Assembly (NCBI RefSeq): GCF_963921235.1
Contig: NC_086097.1
Location: 242,422,001-242,486,000, forward strand
Direction of reading: 5' to 3'
From: Mobula hypostoma
Taxonomy: Eukaryota
DNA: 64,000 nt
The notes beneath the pieces are model-generated. The model was not told the origin of the DNA and ran no database searches. It worked only from the letters and a program-made list of their open reading frames with translations. Numbering within the stretch: the stretch's first letter is position 1; every line of letters starts with the position of its first letter. A program made the position numbers and the translations under genes. Positions 50,346 to 63,845 of this stretch are shown in pieces.

Positions 50346-53205
50346 ACCCTGCCACCTTGAAAGACAGCCTAACGTCGGCCACCGAGACAGATCGCAGGGT
50401 CACCAGAGGGCGAAGGGTCCTTGTAGCTATGGTTTTATTCTCCCTTTCATAAAAGGTGTACTCCTGCTGCCTGGACTGTGGGTGAGGGGAATTGTCTTAG
50501 TTTTGGGCCAGGACAGAGAGGAGATTGCCAATGTAAAGAGAACAGGGAGGCTTTGATTGGGGGAAAAAGAAGGTGAGGGAAATTATGACGGATATAGATA
50601 GAGTGAATGCAAGCAGGCTTTTTCCACTGAGGCAAGGGGAGAGAAAAAACAGCGGACATGGGTTAAGGGTGAAGGGGGAAAAGTTTAAAGGGAACATTGG
50701 CGGGGGGCTTCTTCACACAGAGAGTGGTGGGAGTGTGGAATGAGCTGCCAGATGAAGTGGTAAATGCGGGCTCACTTTTAACATTTAAGAAAAACTTGGA
50801 CGAGTACATGGATGGGAGGTGTATGGAGGGATATGGTCCAGGTGCAGGTTGGTGAGACTAGGCAGAAAAATGGTTCGGCACTGCCAAGAAGTGCCAAAAG
50901 GCCTGTTTCTGTGCCGTAATATTCTATGGTTCTATAAGAAATGACAGGCAGGTGGAGTTGGAAAAGGGTGTGGGTGGTGTAGAGGGTTTGGAAGACAGAC
51001 TGGAGGGCGATACATTAAGGCAGAAGGTAAATGGAGCCAGGGAGGGCGGGAACACAAAGACCGCCAGCGGTGGGATCTGATGTGAGGGTTGTGATAATGC
51101 AGATCATTAGAAGATAAAAAAAGGTGTGTTTTTTTGGGGGGGGATGGTGAGGGAGGTGAATTTTGTGGGTGTAATGAATGGATATAGTTGGTCAATGGGA
51201 TCAGGAAGAAAGGGAGTATAGAGACTGAAATGTGAACACAGGTGACTTGGGACGACATGGGGGATCTCAGAAAATCAGATGATGAGATGGTGTCGCTCTA
51301 CATTGGGCCTCAGCACGCAATGGGAAACGTCAAGGACGGATAAGTCAGTGTGGAAATGGAAATTCATTATCATTCACCTACTGTATGTCGTGAAAATTGT
51401 ATTGTGGCAACAGGTCAGTACAAGACATAAAAATTGTTCAGTTATAATAAATAAATAGTGCAAATGAGGAATAGTGAGGTGGTGTTCAAGGACCATTCAG
51501 AAATCCAGTGGCGGAGGTGAAGAAACTATTCCTAAAGCGCTGAGTGTTGGTCTTTGGGTTCGTGTACCTCCTCCCTGACGGTAGTAATACAAAGAGGACA
51601 TGTCTCTGATGGTGAGAGATTCTATGATAGATGGTACCGTCTTCAGACAACACCTCTTGAAGATGTCCTCGATGGCAGTGAGGGTTGTGTCCGTGATCGA
51701 GTTGGCTGAGTCTACGAACATTTGCAGCCTCTGTTGATCCTGTGCATTGCAGGCTCGATATAAGACCAGAAGATTTAGGAGCAGGATTAGGCCACTTGGC
51801 CCATCAGGTTTGCTCCACCATTTGATGATGGCTAATCCATTTCCCATTCTCCTGCCTTCTCCCCTTAACCTTTCTCACCATGACTAATCAAGAATTTACC
51901 AATCTCCACCTGGCCTCCAGAGCAGCCCGTGGCAATAAATTCCACAGATTCACCATCCTCTGGCTAAAGAAATTTCTCTGTACTTAATGGACGCTGTGCC
52001 CTCAGGTCCTAGACCATTTTATCATGTGCCTCCAAGTATCCCTAAACCTCATCCTTAACAATCAACTCCAACATCTTCATAACCACTGAGGTCCTTTCTT
52101 CTGCCTCCCTCCCGTCTTGAAGAGTGGAGTGACATTTCCTATTTTTCAATCCTCCAGAACCATGCTACAATCTCTTCAGCTGCCTCTTTCAGAACCCTGG
52201 GCTGAGGTTCATCTGGTCCAGGTGACTTATCAGCCTACAGATCTTTCAGCTTTCCAAGCACCTTCTCCCTAGTAATAGCAACTGCACTCACCTCAGCCCC
52301 CGGCACACTCGAACTTATGGCATACTGCTTGTGCCTTCTACAATGAAGACTGATGCAAAACACTCATTAAGTTTGTCTGCCATTTCTTTGTTCCCCCATT
52401 ACTACCATTCCAGCGTCATTTTCCACGGTCTGATATCTATGCTCGCCTCAAATTTTGGTATTCTTTTTGATATTATTGGCTAGCTTATCTTCACGTTTCA
52501 TCTTTTCGCTCTTCATAACAATTTTTGGTTGCCTTCTGTTGGTTGTTAGAAGTGTTCCAATCCTCTAACTTTCCACTAATTTGTGTTCTATTATATGCCC
52601 TCCTTTTGGCTTTGACTTCTCTTGTTGCCATGGTTGTGTCATCCTGCCTTTTAGACTACTCCTTCTTTAGGATGTATATAATCCTGTGCCTTCCAAATTT
52701 CTCCCCAAGCTTCAGCCAGTGCTGTTCTGCCATCATCCCTGCTCGTGTCTGCTTGCAATCAACTTCGGCAGTTCCTCTCTCATGCCTCTGTAATATTAAT
52801 AATCCCTTTACTCCACTGTAATACTGATACATCCAACTTCAGCATCCCCCTCAAAGCATCAGAATATACGAATGTCCCTTTATAATAGAGATGAGGAGGA
52901 ATTTCTTTAGCCATAGGGGGTGAAGCTGTGGAATTCATTGCCACAGGCAGCTGGGGAGGCCAAATCGTTGGGTATATTTAAAGCAGAGGTTGATAGGTTC
53001 TTGATTTGTAAGGGTGTCAAAGGTGACAGGGAATAGCGTTGAGAGAGATAATCAATCATGATGGAGTGGTGGAGAAGACTCGGTGGGCCAAATGAACTAT
53101 TCTGCTGCAAAATCTTTTAAGGGAAGGTTGAATAGATTAGGACTTGTATGTCCTAGAATGCAGGAGTATGAGGGAAGATCTTATAGACGTATGCAAAATT
53201 ATGAG

Positions 53206-53755
53206 CAGTATCCGAGGCCTCCGTTGATCAAGGCTGCATCCTAGCTGTCTAGATACACAAGCCTGGGCAGTACAAAATGGAGAACAAGCTGTCGCCCATG
53301 TAGCAAGCTCCCCCTCTCCACGCATCTGATGAACCCAAAGGAACGGCAGAGACCAATACTGCTTGGCACCAGCAGAGTCGCCAGAGTTGTCAGTCAGTGT
53401 TGAATTCAACAGAAGACTGCGTTAGGGACGCCAGCTCCGGAGTTTTCCCTTGGGATTTACTCCTGAAGGCTTCCTCATGAGAGGGTATAGCCAAAAGGCA
53501 AGGCAAAGGAGGTTTGAGATTAAAGTTTTGCTTCTGCTAGATGAGCTGCCAACCACAGCTGACGAGCCCCATCTGCCCTAAGCGACTGGTTCTGAAGCGC
53601 CAGTAAGCCGCCTTTGCCCCTTCTCCTGTCAGTAGAAGTGGTTCTGCCGGGCTTAGTAGCTAAGCCAAATATGAAGGCCAAGGGCTGGACTTGGTTGTCA
53701 AGGCACATTTAATAGGTAGTGGGGTCATATCCCACTAGAACAACCTGAAGGAACC
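53206..53755 (-). mobile_element. RTE-related non-coding retroposon, copy C (more decayed)
   Basis: TSD atgag (53201-05 and 53756-60) within a CR1 fragment; homologous to copies A and B. Confidence 0.75.
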
Positions 53756-53879
53756 ATGAGGGGTATAGATAGGGTGAATCCATGCAGGCTTACTCCCCAA
53801 AAATATGTGAACTGATACGGTAAGGCAAGTTGGAGAACCTGAAGAGAACTGATGTGAATTACAGGAGAAAATTACAGGA

Positions 53880-55005
53880 GAAGGCTGCTTAACAAGATAA
53901 GAACCCATGGAATTACGGGAAAGTTACATACGTGGATAGAGCATTGGCTGATTAGCAGGAAGCAGAAGGTGGGAATAAAAGCATCCTTTTCTGGTTGGCT
54001 GCTGGTTACCAGTGGTGTTCCACAGGGGTCCGGTTTTTACATTGTACGTCAACGATTTGGATTATGGAATAGATGGCTTTGTGGCTAAGTTTGCTGACGA
54101 TACGAAGATAGGTGGAGGGGCCGGTAATGCTGAGGAAACAGAGAGTCTGCAGAGAGACTTGGATAGATTAGAAGAATGGGCAAAGAAGTGGCAAATGAAG
54201 TACAATATTGGAAAGTGTATGGTTATGCACTTTGGCAGAAGAAATAAACGGGCAGACTATTATTTAAATGGGGAGAGAATTCAAAGTTCTGAGATGCAAC
54301 GGGACTTGGGAGTCCTTGTACAGGATACCCTTAAGGTTAACCTCCAGGTTGAGTCAGTAGTGAAGAAGACGAATGCAATGTTGGCATTCATTTCTAGAGG
54401 AATAGAGCACAGGAGCAGGGATGTGATGTTGAGGCTCTATAAGGTGCTGGTAAGACCTCACTTGGAGTACTGTGGGCAGTTTTGGTCTCCTTATTTAAGA
54501 AAGGATGTGCTGACGTTCGAGAGGGTTCAGAGAAGATTCACTAGAATGATTCCGGAAATTAGGGGGTTAACATATGAGGAACGTTTGTCCGCTCTTGGAC
54601 TGTATTCCTTGGAGTTTAGAAGAATGAGGGGGAACCTCATAGAAACATTTTGAATGTTGAAAGGCATGGACAGAGTGGATGTGGCAAAGTTGTTTCCCAT
54701 GATGGGGGAGTCTAGTACCAGAGGGCATGACTTAAGGATTGAAGGGCGCCCATTCAGAACAGAGATGCGAAGAAATTTTTTTAGTCAGAGGGTGGTGAAT
54801 CTATGGAATTTGTTGCCATGGGCGGCAGTGGAGGCCAAGTCATTGGGTGTATTTAAGGCAGAGATTGATAGGTATCTGAGTAGGTTATGGTGAGAAGATG
54901 GGGGAGTTGGGACTAAATGGGAGAATGGATCAGCTCATAATAAAATGGCGGAGCAGACTCGATAGGCTGAATGGCTGACTTCTGCTCCTTTGTCTTATGG
55001 TCTTA
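53880..55005 (+). mobile_element. CR1 LINE 3' portion
   Basis: ORFs 54012-54653 and 54654-54893 (KFADDTKIGG, VRPHLEYC, FFSQRVVNLWN); tail tcttatggtctta. Confidence 0.92.
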
Positions 55006-55100
55006 TCCATCAAAATGGGATTAGTGTCCATGAGTGCATAGTAATTGCTGTGGACTTGGTGGGCTGAAAGGAAGCTTTCTACTCTATGGTTATAAAATTA

Positions 55101-55510
55101 GACTTCTCCAAGGATCATCACCTTGTCTTGGAGGAGAGGTGAGATCCTGAGAGCGATGCCGCCTGGAGCTTAGCTCCTAGTAGGGTCATCCATGGTGGCT
55201 TGTCAAGGATGAAGTTTCAGAGAAAGAGCAATCCAGCCAAGACCTCATCGTGGAGCTGGTGGAGGATGATGACACATCACAACAGCAGTGAAGGTGGAGG
55301 GAGGCTGTTGTAGTGAGGGTCCTCAGTCGTCTTGTATTCCATACCACTGGACCCTGACCCCGATCTGTCAAGGACCGTGTGGTGGCTGGCTGTGCATCAG
55401 TCTCCCCGCGTTAAACAAAGACACACCCAGGCGTTCTCCATTAAGGGAATCCACCCTAATGTCCTGCTTATGTGGATCCCAGATCGGCCTCTATAGCCAC
55501 CTGTAGACCC
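55101..55510 (+). mobile_element. RTE/Expander-like 5'-region derivative
   Basis: caccttgtc.tgg...gatcctgagagcgatgccgcctggagcttagctcctagtagggtca resembles Expander/BovB-type RTE 5' UTRs (recall); no ORF. Confidence 0.45.
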
Positions 55511-58500
55511 ACTAATAGACAACTCCTTTGGAGAACATCACACTTGACTCGAGTGTTTGTGCTACTACAGCTACATATAACAGTGGAGATTTCCTTCTCC
55601 GCGTAGTATTTTCAGTTTGCAATTTGAAACACACAACCCTCGAAATAATTTTGTATTTAATTGCATATTATTTTCTGAATGCTGTTAATAATGTAACAGC
55701 AGACTTATCCTGGTGAAACACAAGGTTTCAATAAAATCCCAGACATTGCAATTTCTCTAATAATGAAGTGTAATTATGTACTGAAACCATGCCATCAAAC
55801 TCTTGGTAATTAATGAGTGGTTAATGCAAGTAATTACAGGTACAACATTGTGTTAAATCACTGGGAAGGACTACTGAATATTTAATCTATGGACTACACG
55901 GAAAGCATTAATAGAGAGGTTAACATCAAAATTTAATAGAATAGTATCCAAATATGGATTAAACTTAATGCTGCATGACTTTTTAAATGAGAATGATGTT
56001 ATTTCTTTCAATGTTAACATAATTTCAATAACGTGCAACAAGTCTATTTAGTGAATCCTGCTACTGGATCACAGGGTTCATCTCAATTAATGTTACTGTA
56101 TAAACAGTTCTGTCTGCATCTCTCTTCATGTCCACAATTTGTCATTTTTAAAACTTAAAAGGGTCGTATTTTCAGAGTCAATGTCGGGTTTAAATTTGCC
56201 AATGACACCACTGTTGGTAAAATCTCCTATGGCGAAGATGAGGCGTACAGGAGTGAGATAGATCAGCTGGTTGAGTGGTGATGCAAGTACCACTTCAACT
56301 CAGCATCAGCAAGACTAATTGTTGATCTCAGCAAGGGGAAGTCGGGAGAATACACACCAGATTTATTGAAGTTCAGCGGTAGAAAGGCTGAGCAGTTTCA
56401 CGTTCCTGGGCGTCAATATCTCAAAGGATTTATTCTCGGCCCAGTACATTGATGCAGTCATGACAAGGGCACATAAGCAACTCCAATTTGTTTGGGAGTT
56501 TGAGGAGCCAAAGACTTGCAGATTACTATAGATGTATGGTGGAGAGCACTCTGACTGGCATGGAGGTGCCAATACCCAGGGTCACAAGATTGTTATTTTT
56601 GGTTTTTTTTTGTATTTATACAGTGTGTCTTCTTTTGTATATTGGTTGTTTGTCGGTCTTTGCATGTAGTTTTTCATTGATTCTTTTTTATTTCTTTGTT
56701 CTGCTGTGAATGCCTGCAAGAAAATGAATCTCAGGGTAGTATATGGTGACATATGTACTTTGATGCTAAATGTGCTTTGAGCTCTGAGTTTCCAGCATCT
56801 GAAGAATCACTTGTGTTTATAATTTGCATGTTAGGTAGAGAAAGCAAAATAATGAAATGTGGGATTAATTAAGAGAGAGCAGAGACAGGAAACAAAAACA
56901 TATTAAAAATCTTCAACAATAATAAAAACGTGAATGAGTAACAGTCCAACATGTAAAAGTTGTTTTTCTGTTTCTGTGTGCTTGTTTGGCAATAAGTAAG
57001 ACATTTCAAGTTGGTAAACTTTGACATGAGAAGAATGGCCTTAACTTGCTGGTACGTTAAGTGGTCATACTACACCCAGTGGCCACTCTTTCAGGGTCTT
57101 CTGCTGCTGTAGCTTATTTGCTTCAAGGTTCGATGTGTTGTGAGTTCAACATGTGGTTATATGAGTTGCTGTTGCCTTCCTGTCAACTTGAAATAGTCTT
57201 GCCAAACTCCTCTGACCTCTCTCACTAATGAGGCATTTTCACCCACAGAACTGCCACTCGCCAGATATTTTTTGATTTTCGCACTATCCTCTGTAAACTC
57301 TCGAGACAGTTGTGCATGAAGTACCAGAAGATCAACAGTTTCTGAGATACTCAAGCCACTCAAACTGGAACTCCTGGTCAAAGTCATTTAGGTCCCATTT
57401 CTTCCCCATTCTGATATTTGATCTAATCAACAACTGAACCTCTCGACCATGTCCGCATGCTTTTATGGATTGCATTGCTTATGCCTGATTCGCTGATTGG
57501 ATACATGCAACTTTAAGTTCCTTGGTGTTATTATTTTGGAGGACCTGTCTTGGGCCCGGCACGTAGGTGCAATTACGAAAGAAGTACAGCAATGTCTCTA
57601 CTTCTTTAGAAGTTTGCAAAGATTCAACCTGACATCTAAAACTTTGTCAAACTTCTATAGAGGTATATTGGAGAGTATATTAACTGGCTGCATCACATCC
57701 TCATATGGAAATACCTATGCCCTTGAGTGGAAAATCCAACAAAGTGCAGTGGGTATGGATGGCCCAATCCATCAAGGGTAAAGCCCTCCCCACTATTGAG
57801 CATATCTACACAAAGTTGTGTGGCAGGAAAGTAGCATCCATCATCTGGGACCCCCACCACCGAGGACATGCTCTCTTCTCACTGATGCCATCAGGAAGAA
57901 GGTACAGGAACCATAGGACTAATACTACCAGGTTCAGGAACAGTTATTTCCCCTCAATCACCAGGCTCTTGAACCAAAGGGGGTAGGTAACTTGTACTAT
58001 CATTGAAATGTTCCCACAACCTATGGACCCACTTTCAAGGACTCTTCATCTCATGTTCTCAATATTTATTGCTTGCTTGCTTGCTTATTTATCTATTTGT
58101 TTGTTTGTTTGTTTATTTACTTATTAATTATTTCTTTTTGTACTTGCACAGTTTGTTGTATTTGTTGAACGACTAAGTTGGTGCGGTTTTGGTTCTATTA
58201 TGCCTATTATTCTAGTATGGATTTATTGAGAATCCCACAAGAAAATGATAAGTACTTTGATAATAAATTTACTTTGATTAATGTGTTGGTATACCTAATA
58301 AAGCAGCCATTAAGTGTACATCAGACCATTAAATGCCCTCTCCGAGTGCCATACGAATAACTAACAGAAATCTAGTTCTCTTTGCTGACATCCTTCACTG
58401 CTGTCATTCTCCAGTCAAGGTAGCAGGTCAATTAGAGTTAGTGACAAGCCGCATAACTTGGCCTAAGCAGAACAGAAGACTCTGTAAACTCTACTGGACT

Positions 58501-58511
58501 AAAATTATATT

Positions 58512-58713
58512 TGAAAAAGTATCCGGTGCTACCCCGGCGTATATGATGAATATACTCTTCTCGGGCTTCAAGGCGGGTACAGGTATCGATTATAACCGAC
58601 ATTTCAATGACAAACTCTGCCGTCCCTGATGGAGTTTGCAGAGTTTGTCATCGAAAGGTCGGGTATAATTGATACCTGTACCCAGCTGGAAGCCTGAGGA
58701 GAGTTTATTTGTC
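58512..58713. mobile_element. Palindromic insertion, probably Penelope-derived (second family)
   Basis: ~77-bp inverted arms (58544-58620 and 58638-58714), 11-bp TSD aaaattatatt (58501-11 and 58714-24), decayed hammerhead-like core. Confidence 0.7.
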
Positions 58714-59281
58714 AAAATTATATTGATTATTTACTTGTGTTTTGTGTTTTACCACCTGTATCAAGGGTTCCCGACTCTTTCTATGCCATGGGCCAATACC
58801 ATTAGGCAAGGTGGACCCAGGTTGGGAACCCCTGGTCTCTGAGATAGTAATTACCATTCTATTGTTTCCAAAGAAATTAGTGCAAATTGAAAAATAAGAA
58901 AAACATCAATTTTCAAAATAAAAATAGAGGGAGCCAGAGTTTTAGTATAATTCTGAGGAAATTGCTCTGGAATCTGTAACTCAGTTTTGCTGTATTTGAA
59001 ATTAAAATTTAAATGTAATTGTGCCATCATATAAGACTATAAATGTTATTGTACTTTTCTAGACCTTATGAGATTGGAAAGGAATTTACACATTTCTGAA
59101 GAGTTATCATGGTTGTAAAATTAGAATCATCCTCCCTAAATACACAAGAGAGACTTTACGTGCTAGCAACCTGGATCAATTTACACACAATGCTGGAGGA
59201 ACTCACCGGGTCAGGTGGCATCTATGGAGGGAAATTAACAGTGAAGGCCTTTGAGCCAAGACTCGGTTTATGTCAATTTTC

Positions 59282-59605
59282 AATTTCATCAACTATGCCA
59301 CCAACTTCCATCCTGAACTCATATTTATTTGGACCATTTCCAGCACCTCTTTCCCATTTCTTGATCTCTCTGTCTTCATTCCTGTAGACCAACAGTTCCC
59401 AACCTGGCATCCACGAACCCCTCAGTTAATATAGGGGTTCATGGCATTAAAAAGGTTGGGAACCCTTGCTGTAGACAGTTTATCTACTAATATATTTTAC
59501 AAACCAACTCCCTCACACATGTCTTAGCCAGAAATGTTGACTTTTCTTTCCCTTCCATAGATGCTGCCTGGCTTGCCGAGTTTCTCCGGCACTTTTGCGT
59601 GTGTT
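59282..59605 (+). mobile_element. Penelope-like RT fragment plus tail, with hAT MITE at 59390-59468
   Basis: NFINYATNFHPELIFIWTISSTSFPFLDLSV...STNIFYKPT. MITE TSD ctgtagac at 59382-89 and 59469-76. Confidence 0.7.
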
Positions 59606-59961
59606 GAATAATTCTCTCCAGGTCAACATCCACAACAGTGTCACTTCAATCTCATGTCTGACCATCAAAGCACCCTGTTCTGAACCCTGAGATTATACCA
59701 GCTGGGTGGAAGAGAGGATTCAAAGGTGTGGACTACCAGGTGTGTGGAAATGAGGATTCAAGAACCTTCTTGGAAAATAAAATGCAACATGCCTGATGTC
59801 TCTTTGGAATGTCCATGAAGGAGAAGGTACGAACACCAAAGGAGAAGATAAGAATTCAATTCATGCAAAGCAAGTTACCACAAATAGTGACAGACAACAC
59901 AGAAATAATGATTACCTTAAATTACAATTCCTTCTTCAACTTTAATGGGCAAATTTTCTTC

Positions 59962-60928
59962 CTTTCTTTTTCAATCTTTTTATTAGCTTCATAAAATAAA
60001 AACATAACATAGCAATAATACAAATAGTAGGAGATACATTGTTGTACTTAAAATGAGTAATTGTAAGACCAAATAGTATAAATTGACAAAACTCCCAATC
60101 GTGTAAGATAACAATGAATAATACAGGACAAAAAAAACTGAAGAAAAATCATGAAAAAGAAAAAAATAGAAAGAAAAACAAACCCCACCCCAAAAAAAAC
60201 TGAACTAAACAGAATTAGTCAACTAAACTAAAAGACTTGGGCAATTCTAACAACGTAAAAATGGAAGAGAAGAAAAGCTTAGTGTCAACGACTCCATTCC
60301 TCTCAACCAACAGTACAGAGAAATAAAATAAGTTTGGAAATGGTCAAATTACATCATATGAAAATGCTGAATGAATGGCCTCCAAGTTTTTTCAAATCTA
60401 ATGGAAGGGTCATAAACTGCACTTCTAATTTTTTCCATATTCAAACACATCATAGTTTGTGAAAACCAATGAAATACAGTAGGAGGGTTAATCTCTTTCC
60501 AATTCAGCAAAATGGATCTTCTAGCCATTAAAGTAAGAAATGCAATCATCCGGCGTGCTGAAGAGGTTAAATAATTTGAGTCTATCATTGGTAATCCAAA
60601 GATAGCAGTAATTGGATGAGGTTGTAAGTCTATATTCAAAACCGTTGAAATAATATCAAAAATATCTTTCCAATATTTTTCCAACAAAGGACATGACCAA
60701 AACATGTGAGTTAAAGAAGCTATCTCGAAATGACATCTATCACATATAGGATTAATATAAGAATAATAATGAGATAGTTTATCTTTGGACATATGAGCCC
60801 TGTACACTACTTTAAACTGTATCAACACATGTTTAGCACATATAGACGATAAATTAACCAATTGAAGAATTTTTTCCCATTTTTCAATCGGTATAATAAT
60901 CTTAAATTTTCTATAATAATCTTAAATT
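59962..60928 (-). mobile_element. 5'-truncated L1 LINE (ORF2 C-terminus and 3' UTR)
   Basis: ORF 60349-60861 has the CDRC...HMFWSC zinc knuckle and ARRSILLNWK; A-rich tail. 12-bp TSD caaattttcttc at 59950-61 and 60929-40. Confidence 0.88.
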
Positions 60929-63152
60929 CAAATTTTCTTCTCTCTTCTCTGAGGAAATCAAATGATATTCTTAAAATCTCCATGGAAAAATGCAATATCC
61001 TAAATATTTATTGGCAGTATTTCCTTGTGTGCTGTGTGTGGGTTATATGCACTGCGCCGAGCGCCTTGGTTCGGAGGAAAATTGTCTAATTTGGTGGATT
61101 ACATGTATACTATTGAAATAACAATAAATTTAAACTTGAACTTCATCTCCTGGGAAAGCCCAGTGCTTGACTATTCGAATTGGAGGGGGAAGACTGAGTC
61201 CGCGTTTCAAGTGCACAATGTTAAGATTTAGAGATAGTAGGTTTTTCTAGCCCTGCAAGCTAGCAGCCCCCGGTTCAACCCTAGCTTACTCACAGGACAA
61301 TTTACAATGACCAATTAACCTCCCACAGTTTTTGGACTGTGGGAGGAAACTGGGCGACCTAGAGAAAACCCACACAATCCATGTGGGGGACTTAAAGACA
61401 CCTTACAGATGACATTGGAATCGTACTCCGAATTCTGACGCTCCAAGCTGTAACATTAGGCTAACTGCTAAACCACTCTGGACCCCAGTTATCGAAACTT
61501 TACGGACAACTCTTTTGCCTCAACTCTATGCTAGAGCAAGATTTACCAGGATGCTGCCTGGACTATGAAGTTAGGTTGAGCTTGCTAGGGCTTTTCTCTT
61601 GGGAGAGAAGGAAGATGAGAGGTGACTTGATAGAGTTGTATAAGAGACGTCGTAGACAGCCAGCAGCGTTTCTCCGGGTTAGCAATGACCCATTACAGAG
61701 GACATCCATTTAAGGTGAATAGAGAATAGTTTTGTGGAGGTGTTTTACACAGAGAGTGGTCAGTGCATGCAACACTGCCAGGGGTGGTGGTAGAGGTAGA
61801 TACATTAGGGACATTTAATAAACTCTTGATAGGCACCTGGATGAAAGGAAAATGGAGGTCTCTTTAGGAGGGAAGAGTTAGATTGGTCATGGAATAGATC
61901 TATAAAGGTCAACACAACATGGTGGGCTGTGCAGTCCTGATCTGTGTTCTACGTAAGTGCATTCTGTAATGGTGAAAACGCCCATTGAATGAAAAAGATA
62001 AGAAGGTACCGGCAAACTAGTTTCTAAAAGGGGCGGAGCTAAAGAGGATGACTTCTCCAGGCTCATCAGTGAAACAGTTAAATTCTTCTTATTTTAATGT
62101 CTCGACATTCTTTCTCAGCATGGCTGGGGCCCTGTTGGGATCTTTGATCTAGAGTGGCACTCAAACTGCGGTTCTGCGTGACAGCATGTTCCCATTCTTA
62201 GAGCTTGCTGATAGGCTGCGTTTTGATATGTCCAGGTTTGGCCTGAAGTCGGGGGTCTTCGGGGCCTTGTGCGGCCTCGGGGACACAAATTCTCACCGGT
62301 GTCGTGAACTGAAGCCTAGCGGGAGCCGGAAGAGCGAGGATGGTGAGGGTGGCTGTCGGAGGGCTCTGCACTCAGGGTCGAGCTCTCTCTCACTCGAGGG
62401 CGAGGGAGAGTTTGCTGCCGATTCTTGAATTGGGAAACTCAAAATAAAAAGCAATGCTTCAGACTGACCGTAACATCGAAATAGCGACTGTTGTCTCCCC
62501 TCTCGCTGTGGAAGAAGCGATATCTGTCCTTCCCTTGTTACTGAGAGAGAGAGAGCCTGTGGGATGTCAAAAACGTTGGAGCGAACAGTTAGTTTTGATG
62601 TACCATAGAGCATGGTCTCTCATGGTGCTTTCCTGTTGCTTGTATGGTGGGTGGTGGGAATGCTGATGCTTTATGCTGGAATAAGTGGAGAGAGTGGGAG
62701 TGAGGGTTGATGCTGCTTGCTGTTGCTTGTGCATGGGAGGAGGATAGGGCACTTTGGGGTTCTGGCATTCATTCTTTGGGGGTTTTCCTCTGTTTCGTGG
62801 ATGTCTGCGGACAGTAAGAACTTCAGGTTGTATACATTCTCTGATATTAAATGGAACCATTAAACTACTGACCCATTGAAGAAATAAATGTCAACATCTA
62901 GAACAATGTGAAATACTTGACCTTACTGGCTTCTGTTTTCTATCAGCAGGTGGTCACTGTCTGACAACGTCTGCAAATCGAGTTAGAAACCTTTCCAGAG
63001 ACTTTACCACATTATCTGCCACCTCTCTCCAGCGACCCTACCTTCATCATGCATTTTCAAAGTTCGAAGTACATTTATTCCGGTGAACTTCTGGTTTAAG
63101 ATGGCGCTACCAAAAACGTGTGACAGCTTACTTATAACACTTTTTTTGAATT

Positions 63153-63845
63153 AACCATATAACCATATAACGATTACAGCACGGAAACAGGCCATCTTGG
63201 CCCTTCTAGTCCGTGCCGAATTCTTACTCTCACCTAGTCCCACCGACCTGCACTCAGCCCATAACCCTTCATTCCTTTCCTGTCCATATAGCTGTCCAAT
63301 TTAACTTTAAATGACAACATCGAACCTGCCTCAACCACTTCTGCTGGAAGCTCGTTCCACACAGCTACCACTCTCTGAGTAAAGAAGTTCCCCCTCATGT
63401 TACCCCTAAACTTTTGCTCTTTAACTCTCAACTCATGTCCTCTTGTTTGAATCTCCCCCACTCTCAATGGAAAAAGCCTATCCCTCTCATAATTTTAAAT
63501 ACCTCTATCAAGTCCCCCCTCAACCTTCTACGCGCCAAAGAATAAAGACCCAACTTGTTCAACCTTTCTCTGTAATTTAGGAGATGAAACCCAGGTAACA
63601 TTCTAGTAATTCTTCTCTGTACTCTCTCTATATTGTTGACATCTTTCCAATAATTCGGTGACCAGAACTGTACACAATACTCCAAGTTTGGCCTTACCAA
63701 TCCCTTGTACAATTAAAGGCCAGCATACCAAAAGCTTTCTTCACCACCCTATCCACATGAGATTCCACCTTCAGGGAACTATGCACCATTATTCCTAGAT
63801 CCCTTTGTTCTACAGCATTCTTCAATGCCCTACCATTTACATAAA
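63153..63845 (-). mobile_element. CR1 LINE 3' fragment
   Basis: VRPNLEYCVQFWSP, RRRLRGDLIE, FFTQRVVAVWNELP; tail (aaccatat)n on the + strand. Confidence 0.9.

Noticed and set aside
59622..59700. Possible exon after attctctccag
   Set aside because: In-frame stop soon after, and no recognisable protein similarity.
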